Source of the DNA: an uncultured Gemmatimonadaceae bacterium
GTDB taxonomy: Bacteria > Gemmatimonadota > Gemmatimonadetes > Gemmatimonadales > Gemmatimonadaceae
Direction of reading: 5' to 3'
Length of the DNA stretch: 64,000 bases
NCBI GenBank assembly: GCA_963843845.1
Contig: CAWJMB010000003.1
Span: 243,297-307,296, forward strand
The translations under genes and the position numbers were made by a program. Numbering within the stretch: position 1 is the stretch's first letter; every line of letters starts with the position of its first letter. Shown in pieces: positions 20,833-30,563 of this stretch. A model generated the notes under the pieces. That model did not search any database. It was not told the DNA's origin and saw only the letters and a program-made list of their open reading frames with translations.

Positions 20833-22642
20833 ATGCTCACTCCCGATCGACGCCGGCGCGCCGGCCTGACTTCTGCGCGACACGCCACGCGCTCACCTCT
20901 CGTCGGTGCCGCGGCGATGCTCGCGTCGATCCTCGGCGCGATGGCCGCGTCGCCGAGCGCGCAGGTCGCGCACGCCCTCGCCCCGTCGGCGGCGCACCGG
21001 CCGGCGCCCGACGCGGACCGACCCACGCTGCAGCCGGACTCGCTCGGCCGCGCGATCGCGCGGCTGACCGCCGGCTCGCCGCCGGCCGCGGGGTACGCGG
21101 CGCATCGCTGGGCGCACGTCCGTCGGATCTACGCGGCGCGCGGCGGCACCCCGCTGTGGCTCGGCGACGCGGCAGGCGACCGTGCGACGACGCTGCTCGA
21201 CACGGTGCGCAACGCGCCGGCCCAGGGGCTGCGCGTCGACGCGTACCCGCTCGACGCGGCGCGCGGCGCGCTCGACGCGCACCGACGCGCCCCCGGGTCG
21301 GCCGAGGCCGGCGCGCGCGCGGACGTGCTGCTGACGGCGACGCTCGTCGCCTACGCCGAGGACCTGCTGACCGGGCAGATCGACCCGCGCTCGGTGAATC
21401 GGGCGTGGCACATCGACCCGCGTGACGTGGACGTCGACAGCGCGCTGACGCGCACGCTCCGCGACGCGTCGTTCGCCGGCGCGCTCGCCCGGTTGCGCCC
21501 GCAGGACCCCGACTACGCGGCGCTCGTCGGCGGCGCTCGCGCGCTACCGGGCGATCGTCACGCCGCCGGCGGCTGGCCGCGCGTGCCGGACGTCGCGTGC
21601 TCCGGCCGGGCGACACCTCGACCGTCGGCGTGGCTCGGCGCGCTGATGGGTCGCCTGCACGCGGAGGGGTACGCCGAGGCGGCGCCGATCCGTCCCGCGG
21701 CGGCGACGGCCGTGGCGGCGACGGCCGTGGCGGCGAGCGGCGGCGGGACGGCGGGGCCGGCCACGCCCGCCGTGTACGACGCGACGCTCGCCGGCGCCGT
21801 GGCCGAGTACCAGCGTCGCCACGAGCTGGCCGTCGACAGCGTCGTCGGGCCGAACACGCTCGCGTCGCTGAACCGGCCGGCCGAGTACCGGCTGCGGCAG
21901 ATCGCCGCGAACCTCGAGCGGCACCGCTGGATGCCGCACGACCGCGGCGACCGCTACGTGCTCGTCAACGTGCCGGCGTTCCGACTGCGCGCCTACGACG
22001 GCGGCCGCGAGGTGCTGACGATGAACGTCGTCGTCGGCGCGGAGTACGGCGGCCGGTCGACGCCGGTGTTCAGCGACTCGATGGCGTACGTCGTGTTCCG
22101 GCCGTACTGGAACGTCCCGAGCGGCATCGCGTCGCGCGAGCTGTGGCCGCAGCAGCGGCGCGACCCGAGCTACTTCCGGCGGAACGGCTACGAGGTCGTG
22201 CGCGCGAGCTGGGGCACCTACGTGCGGCAGAAGCCCGCGCCCGACAACGCGCTCGGCTTCGTGAAGTTCATCTTCCCGAACGACTACGCCATCTACCTGC
22301 ACGACACGCCGGCGCAGCGGTCTGTTCGCCGAGCGCGTGCGCGCGTTCAGCCACGGCTGCATCCGCGTCGAGCATCCCGACCAGCTCGCGGAGTTCGTGC
22401 TCGGACCGCAGGGGTGGGACAGCGCACGCGTGCGCGCCGCGATGCACGACGGCGCGAACGATCGCCGCGTGGATCTCGACCGCAAGCTGCCCGTCTACAT
22501 CGCGTACTTCACCGCCTACGGCCGCGACGGCGCGCTGCACTTCGCGAACGACATCTACGACCGGGACGACGCGCTCGTGCGCGCGGTGTCGGCCGCGTCG
22601 GACGACGGGGCGGCGGGGCCCACCGGCCGCTCTTCCTCCTGA
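20833..22642 (+). CDS. L,D-transpeptidase, YcbB/LdtD type; frame changes near 21540-21600 and 22320
   Basis: PG-binding AVAEYQRRHELAVDSVVGPNT, QIAANLERHRW, VNVPAFRL, VVFRPYWNVP, NALGFVKFIFPN, IYLHDTP, then RAFSHGCIRV (catalytic His/Cys). Confidence 0.9.
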
Positions 22643-23517
22643 GGGCGCGGCGCGGCGACGTCCGGGAGGGAGACGACGTGGACGTCGCGCTGCGGAAAGG
22701 GAATCGCGATGCGCGCCTCGCGGAGCGCCCACCAGATCGCCTCGTTCAGCGCCGACCGCGTGAGCCGGGCCGCCCACGGGTCCTCCGACCAGACGGACAC
22801 CTCGAAGTTCACCGCGGAGTCGCCGAAGCCGGTGAGGAGCACACGCGGCTCGTATGACGTCAGGCGCCCCGGCAGCGCGGCGGCCGCGTCGTGGAGCACG
22901 GTCATCACGCGGCGCAGGTCGGCGTCGTACGGAACGCCCACCGTGGCGCGGAGGCGGTAGACCGGATCGCGCAGCGTGAAGTTCGTGACCGTGTTCTGCA
23001 CGAGCGTGGCGTTCGGGATGATGAGGTCCTCGTCGTCGCGCGTGCGGGCGACCGTCGCGCGCAGCCCCATGCGCGTCACGCGCACGACGCGCCCCTCGAC
23101 TTCGAGCACGTCGCCGGGCTTGATCGTGCGCTCGGAGAGCAGGATGACGCCGGCGACGAAGTTCTGCGCCACGTTCTGCATCGCGAAGCCGATCGCGACG
23201 GCGAAGAACGCGCCCGCGGCGAACAGCGCGCCGAGGTCGACGCCGACGGTCTGGAGCGCGACGCCGAGACCGATCAGCACGACCGCGTAGTGCACGAGCC
23301 GCGTCGCGATGCCGACCGTGCCGACGTCCGATACGCCGCGGAGCGCGAACGCGCGGCGCGCGCCGCGCTGGGCGACGTGCGACGCTCCGCCGGTGGCGAG
23401 GAGGATGAGCGCGAACACGATGAGCGTCGTCGGCGTGACGGGCGTGCCGGCGATCGTGAACAGGGGCGCCTCGAACAGGCGGCCCGCGAGTTCGGGCGCG
23501 ACGGCGGTCAGCTGCAC
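22555..23517 (-). CDS. mscS: Small-conductance mechanosensitive channel
   Basis: AIGFAMQNVAQNFVAGVILLSERTIKPGD, MGLRAT, IIPNATL, VGVPYDAD, FGDSAVNF, IPFPQRDVH. Confidence 0.9.
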   Translation of the reverse strand: MQLTAVAPELAGRLFEAPLFTIAGTPVTPTTLIVFALILLATGGASHVAQRGARRAFALRGVSDVGTVGIATRLVHYAVVLIGLGVALQTVGVDLGALFAAGAFFAVAIGFAMQNVAQNFVAGVILLSERTIKPGDVLEVEGRVVRVTRMGLRATVARTRDDEDLIIPNATLVQNTVTNFTLRDPVYRLRATVGVPYDADLRRVMTVLHDAAAALPGRLTSYEPRVLLTGFGDSAVNFEVSVWSEDPWAARLTRSALNEAIWWALREARIAIPFPQRDVHVVSLPDVAAPRPQEEERPVGPAAPSSDAADTARTSASSRS

Positions 23518-23654
23518 GCGCCCCCCGCGACGTCGACCGCACCCGGCGTGGCAGGCGTGGACGACGTCGACGACGCCGCCGCCGCCGACGTGTACCGCGG
23601 ATCACCGAGTCCGAGCATCGCCCCTCATCCGCGTCGCGGGCCGCCGCCGGCCGT

Positions 23655-23686
23655 TGCGTGGTATACCCTGCATCACGCGGAAGGTA
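23655..23686. repeat. 32-bp direct repeat, copy 1 (candidate promoter/operator upstream of mscS)
   Basis: TGCGTGGTATACCCTGCATCACGCGGAAGGTA, 30/32 identical to 27793..27824. Confidence 0.85.
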
Positions 23687-25298
23687 CGTCGGCGGGGGCG
23701 GGTCCCGATCCCCGCGCCGGGGGCTCGGGCCGATCCGCCTCCGCCGACTCCAGCTCGACGAGACGCGCGTCGACGTCGGCCGCCAGCGCCGCATACGGCT
23801 CCTCGCCGATCAGCCCCGAGTGCAGCGCTTCGCGCAGGTGCGTCCGCTCGCTCAGCAGCAGGTGGCGGCGCGTGCGGTGCACCTCCTCGTCGCGGACTTC
23901 GAGCCGCTCGAGTCGCAGCGCGTCGATCGCCTCCTTGGCCTGCCGGACCCTCGCGTCGTAGCCGACGCGGACCTCGTCCGCCACCTCGGCCGACACGCGC
24001 CGCGTCGCCGCCATCTGCGCGAGCTCGGCGAGCGCCTGCGAGGCGGTCTCGAGATCCGCCCGCGCGCGCTCGTACGCCGCCCGTTCGGCGCGCGCCCGCA
24101 CGACCCCGACCCGCCGCAGCAGCGGCCCCATCGTGAGCCCCTGGCCGAGGATCGACAGCGCGACCACGCCGAACGTCATCGTCACCACCAGGTCGCGGTA
24201 CGGGAACGCCGCCGGGAGGCTGAGCGCGAGCACCATCGAGAGGCCGCCGCGCAGCCCGCCCCACGCCATCACCGGCACCCACGCGCGCGGGATCCGCTCG
24301 CGCGACCCCCGCAGGAGCGTGGCGACGAGCGTCACGACGACGGCGCGCCCGAGCGTCACGGCGAGGAACGCGGCGAGGATCGCCGGCCACGACGCGCGCA
24401 TCGCGCTGAGCCGCACCTCGAATCCGATGAGCAGGAACACGACGGAGTTGAGCGCGAACGCCACGTACTCCCAGAACACCTCGACGGCCACGCGCGTCGT
24501 CGGCGACATGCCGGTGCGGGCGCCGAAGTTGCCGCACAGCAGCCCCGCGACCACCGTTGCGATGACGCCCGAGACGTGGAGCTGCTCGGCGGCCGCGAAC
24601 GCGCCGTACGCGGCGATGGTCGTGACGGTGATCTCGAGCATCGCGTCGTCGATGAGGCGGATCACCTGCGACGCGGCGAGCCCCACCGCCCCGCCGACCA
24701 GCGCGCCGGCGCCGACGATGACGATGAAATCGGCCACCATCCCCGACGCGGTGAGGTCGCCGCCGAGGACGAACGCGAGGATGAGGGTGAAGAAGACGAC
24801 CGCCGTCCCGTCGTTCAGCAGGCTCTCTCCCTCCATCAGCACACCGAGCCGCTTGGGCGCGCCGAGCGTCTTGAAGATCGCGACCACCGCGATCGGGTCG
24901 GTCGCCGAGATGAGCGCGGCGAAGACGAGCGCGTGCGCCCAGCCGAACCCGGTCGTCGCGTCGGCGAGCCCGATCGCGCCGACCACGCTCGTGAGGATCG
25001 CCGCCGTCAGCGCGGTCGACAGCGCGACGCCGGGGACCGCGAGCGACGTCACGGCGCGCCGGTTCCGCCACAGCGCGCGCGCGTCGAGGTGGAACGCGGC
25101 CTCGAACACGAGCCCCGGCAGGAAGACGGCGAAGAGCAGCTCCTGCGTGAGGTGCGGCGCCTCGAACGCGTGCAGCTCGCCGAGCGCGAGCCCCGCGACG
25201 ACGAGCGCCACGGTATACGGCACGCGCAGCCGCCGCGCGGCGATGGCGACGGCGGTGGCGACGAGCAGGAGGAGAACGACGATGGTTCCGGTGTGCAT
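23673..25298 (-). CDS. Na+/H+ antiporter, CPA1 (NhaP/NhaG-like)
   Basis: VFLPGLVFEAA, FAALISATDPIAV, EGESLLNDGTAVV, FWEYVAFALNSVVFLLIG, WGGLRGGLS. Confidence 0.92.
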   Translation of the reverse strand: MHTGTIVVLLLLVATAVAIAARRLRVPYTVALVVAGLALGELHAFEAPHLTQELLFAVFLPGLVFEAAFHLDARALWRNRRAVTSLAVPGVALSTALTAAILTSVVGAIGLADATTGFGWAHALVFAALISATDPIAVVAIFKTLGAPKRLGVLMEGESLLNDGTAVVFFTLILAFVLGGDLTASGMVADFIVIVGAGALVGGAVGLAASQVIRLIDDAMLEITVTTIAAYGAFAAAEQLHVSGVIATVVAGLLCGNFGARTGMSPTTRVAVEVFWEYVAFALNSVVFLLIGFEVRLSAMRASWPAILAAFLAVTLGRAVVVTLVATLLRGSRERIPRAWVPVMAWGGLRGGLSMVLALSLPAAFPYRDLVVTMTFGVVALSILGQGLTMGPLLRRVGVVRARAERAAYERARADLETASQALAELAQMAATRRVSAEVADEVRVGYDARVRQAKEAIDALRLERLEVRDEEVHRTRRHLLLSERTHLREALHSGLIGEEPYAALAADVDARLVELESAEADRPEPPARGSGPAPADVPSA

Positions 25299-25315
25299 GG
25301 CAGGTGCGGGGGGAC

Positions 25316-25369
25316 GGACGGCGCGCGGACGGCGCGCGGACGGCGCGCGGACGGCGCGCGGACGGCGCG
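25316..25369. repeat. Intergenic tandem repeat (GGACGGCGCGC) x ~5
   Basis: Read directly between the clc stop and the nhaP start. Confidence 0.85.
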
Positions 25370-25403
25370 GAGGGTGCCTAACGCGAGGGGTCGGCGACGT
25401 CGC

Positions 25404-27233
25404 TCACGGCGCGCCGTCGGCGGGCGCGGTCACCGCCCGCTCGTAGAGCGCGAGGATGCGGCTGCGCGTGACGACGCCGACGAGCCGCCCGGTCGCCGGG
25501 TCGACGACCGGGAGCGAGCCCTCGCCGCGCAGCCCCATGCGCCGCACCGCGTCGAGCAGCGAGTCGCCCGGCGCGAGCGTCTCCGACGGCTGCGCGACGT
25601 CGGCGGCGAGCAGCACGTGCTCGAGCGCCACCCCCGTGCGCGCGACGCGACCGAGGTCGGCGGCGGTGAGCACGCCGACGTACGCGCCCGCCGCGTCGAC
25701 GACCGGGAAGAGCGTCTGGTCGCGGTGGCCGATGTGGTCGAGCAGCCCGACGACGCGCGCCTCCTCGTGCACGACCACCGGCGCGCGCTCGAACGCGTCG
25801 GCGACGCGCAGCCCGGCGAGCGCGTCGCGGTCGGCACCGTGATCGATGTGCTCGCCGCGGCGGCGCAGCCAGCCGCTGTACAGGGTGTCTCGCGCGAGCA
25901 CGCGCGTGACGAGCTGCGTGACGACGACGGCGATCATCAGCGGGACCACGATCGCATAGTCGTTCGTCATCTCGAACACGAGCAGGATGCCCGTGATCGG
26001 CGCGCCGGTCGCGCCGGCGACGAGCGCGCCCATGCCGACGATCGCGTATGCCTCCGGGGTGATCGGCAGCGTCGGGACGAGCGCGTGCAGCGCCACCCCG
26101 AACGCGCCCCCGGTCGCCGCGCCGACGTAGAGCGACGGGGTGAACAACCCGCCCGACCCGCCGCCGTGGAGCGTGACCGTCGTGACGAGGATCTTGCCCA
26201 ACGCGAGCGCGAGCAGCGTGTACCAGGCGAGGCGGCCGAAGGCGTCCAGCGGGATCGCGAGGTGCCCGACGCCGACGAGGGCGCCGCGCGACGCGACCAC
26301 GGCGGCGCCGACGGCCGCGCCGGCGGCCCACGGCACGAGCGCGCCTCCACGCCCGCGCGCCAGCGCCGCGACGCGCGCGCCCACCGCGAAGTAGGTGTGC
26401 ACGAACAGCGCCGACATCGCCCCGCACACCACGCCGAGGAGCGGGAAGTACAGCACGACCTCGCGGACGACGGTGTAGCCGTACTCCGCCGGGATCGGGA
26501 ACGCCGGGTGGTTGCCGAACACGGCGCGCGAGACGACGGCGCCGACGACGCTCGCGACGACGACCGGCGCGAACGCCGTGACGCGGAAGTTGCCGAGGAT
26601 CTCCTCGAGCGCGAAGAACGCCCCGGCCAGCGGGGCGTTGAACGCGGCCGCGATCGCCGCCGCCGCGCCGGCCCCGACGAGCACCGTCGTGCGCTCGGCC
26701 GAGAAGCGGAACAGGCGCCCGAGGAGCGACCCGGTGCCGGACCCCAGCACCGCGACCGGCCCCTCGCTCCCCGCCGAGCCGCCGCCGCCGATCGTGATCG
26801 CGCTCGCCGCCGCGCGGCCGAGCGCGGCCCGCATCGGCACGTGCCCGCCGCGGCGCACGACCGCGAGCTGCACGTCGGGAACGACCGCACCGTCGCCGCC
26901 GCGCCCGACCCGCTGCCACACGTGCCACGCGGCGGCGAGCGCGGCGCCGGTGAGGAAGGGTCGAACGAGCGCGCTCCGCCCGGCGGGCACGAGCGACGCG
27001 GGCCAGCGCACGAACGCGTCGTACGCGAGGTCGATCGCCTTGTAGAAGAGGATCACGCCGCCGGCCGCCGCGAGCCCGACGGCGACGGCGAAGAGCAGCA
27101 GCACGCCGCTCTCCGTCAGCCCGAGTCGCTCGCCGACGCGCTCGAGCCGGTCCAGCCACCGCGCCCACCCGCCGAGCGCGCGCCGCCGGCCGAGCCGCCC
27201 GGTGGCGCGCGCTCGACGCGGGAAGCGCGTCAC
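25404..27233 (-). CDS. ClC chloride channel/antiporter with two CBS domains
   Basis: GSAGSEGP, GAAAAIAAAFNAPLAGAFFALE, GGSGGLFTPSL, APITGILLVFEMT, C-terminal CBS pair. GTG start overlaps the marR stop. Confidence 0.93.
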   Translation of the reverse strand: MTRFPRRARATGRLGRRRALGGWARWLDRLERVGERLGLTESGVLLLFAVAVGLAAAGGVILFYKAIDLAYDAFVRWPASLVPAGRSALVRPFLTGAALAAAWHVWQRVGRGGDGAVVPDVQLAVVRRGGHVPMRAALGRAAASAITIGGGGSAGSEGPVAVLGSGTGSLLGRLFRFSAERTTVLVGAGAAAAIAAAFNAPLAGAFFALEEILGNFRVTAFAPVVVASVVGAVVSRAVFGNHPAFPIPAEYGYTVVREVVLYFPLLGVVCGAMSALFVHTYFAVGARVAALARGRGGALVPWAAGAAVGAAVVASRGALVGVGHLAIPLDAFGRLAWYTLLALALGKILVTTVTLHGGGSGGLFTPSLYVGAATGGAFGVALHALVPTLPITPEAYAIVGMGALVAGATGAPITGILLVFEMTNDYAIVVPLMIAVVVTQLVTRVLARDTLYSGWLRRRGEHIDHGADRDALAGLRVADAFERAPVVVHEEARVVGLLDHIGHRDQTLFPVVDAAGAYVGVLTAADLGRVARTGVALEHVLLAADVAQPSETLAPGDSLLDAVRRMGLRGEGSLPVVDPATGRLVGVVTRSRILALYERAVTAPADGAP

Positions 27234-27763
27234 GACGCGCGCCGACGCCGCCGGTCGCTCGCCTCGGTCGGCGCGTCCTCGAACAGCATCGCCGCCGGCC
27301 CGTCGGCGGCCCCCATCACCCGAGCGAGGGCGTCGAGGTCGGTCGCGAGACGGTCCACCGTCGCCGGGTCGAGCTGCTGGAGCGCTGCGAGCAGATCCTC
27401 GGTCGGCGAGCTGGGCGCGCGCGCCACGACGCGCACCCCCTTCGGCGTGAGCACGATCTCCATGCGGCGCCGGTCCTCGGCGCCGCGTACGCGGCGCACG
27501 AGGCCGCGGGCGGCGAGGCGGTCCACCATGCCGGCGGCCGACGAGCGGTCGGTCAGCGTGCGCGCCGCCAGCTCGCCGATCGACTGGCGCGGCACGGCGG
27601 CGATCTGTCCCAGCACGAAGAGCTGCGCGGGACGCAGCGCGCTCTCGTCCTCGACCCGGCGCGCGGCGACACGCAGCACGCGGACGACGCGCCGGAAGCC
27701 GTCGAGTGCGGCGGCGACCCGGTCGTCGTGACGGGCGCCCTTCGAGCGGAGGCGTGACGGCAT
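27230..27763 (-). CDS. MarR-family transcriptional regulator
   Basis: LRPAQLFVL, SIGELAARTLTDRSSAAGMVDRLAARGLVRR, EDRRRMEIVLTPKG. Confidence 0.9.
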   Translation of the reverse strand: MPSRLRSKGARHDDRVAAALDGFRRVVRVLRVAARRVEDESALRPAQLFVLGQIAAVPRQSIGELAARTLTDRSSAAGMVDRLAARGLVRRVRGAEDRRRMEIVLTPKGVRVVARAPSSPTEDLLAALQQLDPATVDRLATDLDALARVMGAADGPAAMLFEDAPTEASDRRRRRAS

Positions 27764-27792
27764 CGGTCCGGCGCTGTGCGTGCGGCGATCGG

Positions 27793-27824
27793 TGCGTGGT
27801 ATACCCTGCATTTCGCGGAAGGTA
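27793..27824. repeat. 32-bp direct repeat, copy 2 (candidate promoter/operator upstream of marR)
   Basis: TGCGTGGTATACCCTGCATTTCGCGGAAGGTA, about 30 bp upstream of the marR start. Confidence 0.85.
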
Positions 27825-27885
27825 ATGCCGCCGTGCCGATCGAAGGGCGGCGCGGGCGCGGCGCGCCCGCCGGCTGCCTACCGCG

Positions 27886-29103
27886 CTACTGCGTGTCCGC
27901 GGCGCGCCGCGCCGGCAGCGCGAACGCGAAGCACGAGCCGCCCCCCCGCGGAAACGTCGCCCAGATGCGCCCGCCGAGCGCCTCGACGACGTCCTTGACG
28001 ATGCTGAGACCGAGCCCCGTCCCCTCGACGTCGGCGGCCACCTCGGCGTGGGCGCGGAAGCCACGGGCGAAGAGCTGCGTCCGCTTCGCGGCCGGGACGC
28101 CGAGCCCGTTGTCGACGACCTCGACGATCAGCTCGGCGGTGCGGTCATGCCCGGGCTCGGTCACGTAGCCGCGCACCTCGGCCCACCGCGAGGGCGCGGC
28201 AGGGTTCGTGTACTTGATCGCGTTCGACAGGTAGTTCGTGACCGCCAGCTCGACCGCCGCAGCCGTGACCTCGACGGCGGGCAGATCGCGGAGCCGGATC
28301 TCGACGCCCGCCGCGCGCGCCGCATCGCGCAGTTGCCGCGCCGCTTCGCCGACCGCCTGCGGCAGGAGCACGCGCCGCTGGTGCCGCGCGTCGACATCGA
28401 CGCGCGACAGCTCGACGAGGTTGTCGAGCACGCCGCGCATCGCCTGGGCGTTGCGCCGCACGACGCCGACGAGCCGTCCGCGCTCCGGGTCGGACAGCCC
28501 GTCGAGCTCGACGAGCTCCGCCGCGCCCATGATCGCGCCGATCTGGTTCTTCAGCTCGTGCGTGACGGCGCGGTTGAAGCCGCGCAGCCGCTCCTCGCGC
28601 TCGGCGAGCGCGCTGCGCATCCGCTGGAGGTAGTGGGCGACGCTCGCCTCCTGAATGATCGCGATCGCGCGGAAGATGCGGTGTCCGCAGACGAGCAGCT
28701 CGTCCTTCTCGCACGGCTCGCTCATCTCGCGCACCGCGGCGACGAGGTGGGCGAACACGATGCCGCCGAGGATCTCGAACTCCTTGAGGATCTCGTACTC
28801 GTCGAACCGCTGCGCATGGCGCAGTCCGCCGAGCTCCATCGCCTTCGCGACGACCGGCGTGTCGGCAGCGATCTCCTGCGACGGGTGCTCGAGGTACGCC
28901 GCGATCCCGTCGAGCAGCAGCGGAATGTGATCGAGCAGGTCGTCGGTCGGGAAGACGCGGTTCGGGTCGAGCGCGACGCGGGCACTGATCCGCTCGAGCC
29001 ACCGCATCGCCAGCTCCTCCCGCGCGCTCCGAATGCGCTCGGCGAGGGCCGGAGCGAGCGGGCAGGGAGTGGTCAGGTCGACCGGCGGCGCGAGTCGCGT
29101 CAT
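27886..29103 (-). CDS. Soluble sensor histidine kinase with all-helical N-terminal domain
   Basis: H-box THELKNQI, N-box NYLSNAIKYT, G1 VDNGLGVP, F-box, G2 GTGLGLSIV. No TM segment. Confidence 0.9.
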   Translation of the reverse strand: MTRLAPPVDLTTPCPLAPALAERIRSAREELAMRWLERISARVALDPNRVFPTDDLLDHIPLLLDGIAAYLEHPSQEIAADTPVVAKAMELGGLRHAQRFDEYEILKEFEILGGIVFAHLVAAVREMSEPCEKDELLVCGHRIFRAIAIIQEASVAHYLQRMRSALAEREERLRGFNRAVTHELKNQIGAIMGAAELVELDGLSDPERGRLVGVVRRNAQAMRGVLDNLVELSRVDVDARHQRRVLLPQAVGEAARQLRDAARAAGVEIRLRDLPAVEVTAAAVELAVTNYLSNAIKYTNPAAPSRWAEVRGYVTEPGHDRTAELIVEVVDNGLGVPAAKRTQLFARGFRAHAEVAADVEGTGLGLSIVKDVVEALGGRIWATFPRGGGSCFAFALPARRAADTQ

Positions 29104-29198
29104 CGTATCATCGTATCGCCGAGACGGGTGCGAGGACCAGGGCAAGGCGCCGAGCCCAGGTCAGAAACGCCCCGCGCTCGACGAGCGCGACGTTCGCG

Positions 29199-30095
29199 TC
29201 AGGCGCAGCAGCTCGGACCGCAGCAGGCGCGATCGTCGTTCGTCGCCGCGTCCGCCGGCCTGGTGGCGCGTACGAACGCCGCCATGAACTTGCCGTCGAT
29301 CTGGTCGAGGTGGGCGGCCGAGTCGATGCCCGCATCGGCGAGGAACGCGCGCGCGTCCTCGCTCCGATACACGCGCGTCGGCTCCACGTCGGCGTCCACG
29401 AAGCCGACCTCGGCGAGGAGCGATCTGAACTCGGTCTCTTCGAGCGCGCCGGCGACGCAGCCGACCCACAGCTCCATGCTGCGCCGCACCTCGTGCGGCA
29501 CCTCGCCACGCACGACGACGTCGCTCACCGCGAAGCGCCCGCCCGGCCTCAACACGCGGAACGCCTCGGCGAGCACGCGCCGCTTGTCGCCGGAGAGGTT
29601 GATGACGCAGTTCGAGATGACGACGTCGACCGACGCGTCAGGGAGCGGGATCGCTTCGATCTGCCCTTTCAGGAACTCGACGTTCGTCACGCCCGCCTCG
29701 GCCGCGTTCTGCCGCGCGAGGGCGAGCATGTCGTCGGTCATGTCGAGGCCGTACGCCCGTCCGGTCGGCCCGACCCGGCGCGCCGACAGGATGACGTCGA
29801 TGCCGCCGCCGGAGCCGAGATCGAGCACGGTCTCGCCGGCGCGCAGCTCGGCGAGCGCGGTCGGGTTGCCGCAGCCCAACGACGCGAGCACGGCGCCCGA
29901 CGGCAGCTCGTCGGTCTCGCCGCTCACGTAGAGGTTCGACGTGATCGGGTCGACGGCGCCGTTGAACGCCGCGCCGCCGCAGCACGAGTTCACCGGTCCG
30001 CAGCAGGACGCCTCCGCCCCGGCGAGCACGCGGCGCGCGGCCTCGCCGTACTTCTCGCGTACCACGGTCGTCAGCTCTGCATTCTCGGTCGTCAT
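29199..30095 (-). CDS. arsM: Arsenite S-adenosylmethionine methyltransferase
   Basis: ASLGCGNPTALA, VLDLGSGGGID, GLDMTDDML, VISNCVINLS, WVGCVAGAL, with terminal CC motifs. Confidence 0.93.
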   Translation of the reverse strand: MTTENAELTTVVREKYGEAARRVLAGAEASCCGPVNSCCGGAAFNGAVDPITSNLYVSGETDELPSGAVLASLGCGNPTALAELRAGETVLDLGSGGGIDVILSARRVGPTGRAYGLDMTDDMLALARQNAAEAGVTNVEFLKGQIEAIPLPDASVDVVISNCVINLSGDKRRVLAEAFRVLRPGGRFAVSDVVVRGEVPHEVRRSMELWVGCVAGALEETEFRSLLAEVGFVDADVEPTRVYRSEDARAFLADAGIDSAAHLDQIDGKFMAAFVRATRPADAATNDDRACCGPSCCA

Positions 30096-30107
30096 GCGCT
30101 CCCTCCG

Positions 30108-30123
30108 ATCAAAAAATGTTGAT
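30108..30123. promoter_or_regulatory. ArsR-type operator upstream of arsM
   Basis: ATCAA-AAAATG-TTGAT, a perfect ATCAA-N6-TTGAT inverted repeat. Confidence 0.7.
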
Positions 30124-30177
30124 GTTTTCGACGCGACGCGTGCTCCGCGTCCGTCGTGCGTGGTGAACCGGTCTCGC

Positions 30178-30498
30178 CTACCCGCAGCAGCCGACGACGC
30201 GGAGCCGCGCGCGCGGCGACGACGCACGCGCGGGGAGCATGCCGACGACCTGGTCGTGGACGGCCGTCAGCGCCTGCGGCGCGATCGTGTAGTACGACCA
30301 CCGCCCGTCCTTGCGGTCGGTGACGAGCCCCGCGTCGCGCAGCACCTTGAGGTGGAACGACAGGCGCGACTGCGCGGCGTCGAGATCGTCCTGCAGATCG
30401 CAGACGCACCGCTCGCCGTCACGCAGCATGGCGAGGATCGCGAGGCGCGTCTCGTCGGAGAGCGCGTGGAACAGCTGCGCGGCGCGGGCGGTCGTCAT
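30178..30498 (-). CDS. arsR: ArsR/SmtB metalloregulator
   Basis: FHALSDETRLAIL, ERCVCDL, QSRLSFHLKVLRDAGLV, GRWSYY, C-terminal CCG. Confidence 0.93.
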   Translation of the reverse strand: MTTARAAQLFHALSDETRLAILAMLRDGERCVCDLQDDLDAAQSRLSFHLKVLRDAGLVTDRKDGRWSYYTIAPQALTAVHDQVVGMLPARASSPRARLRVVGCCG

Positions 30499-30505
30499 GC
30501 CGCGC

Positions 30506-30535
30506 AAGATACAACAACGTTTCTTGATACGTCAA
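30506..30535 (-). promoter_or_regulatory. Sigma70-type promoter of arsR with overlapping ArsR box; probably leaderless
   Basis: Minus strand TTGACG-18 bp-TATCTT, 7 nt before the ATG. AACAA-N6-TTGAT at 30513..30528 lies in the spacer. Confidence 0.7.
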
Positions 30536-30563
30536 CGGGCGGCGCGTCCGCCCGCGTGGCGCG

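Noticed and set aside
23658..27731. 1357-aa plus-strand ORF and the many similar long R/A/G-rich ORFs
   Set aside because: These are antisense or off-frame shadows of well-supported genes, expected when stop codons are scarce at this GC content.
27764..27885. Fluoride riboswitch ahead of the ClC operon
   Set aside because: I could not find the crcB-motif consensus. The conserved element is the 32-bp repeat.
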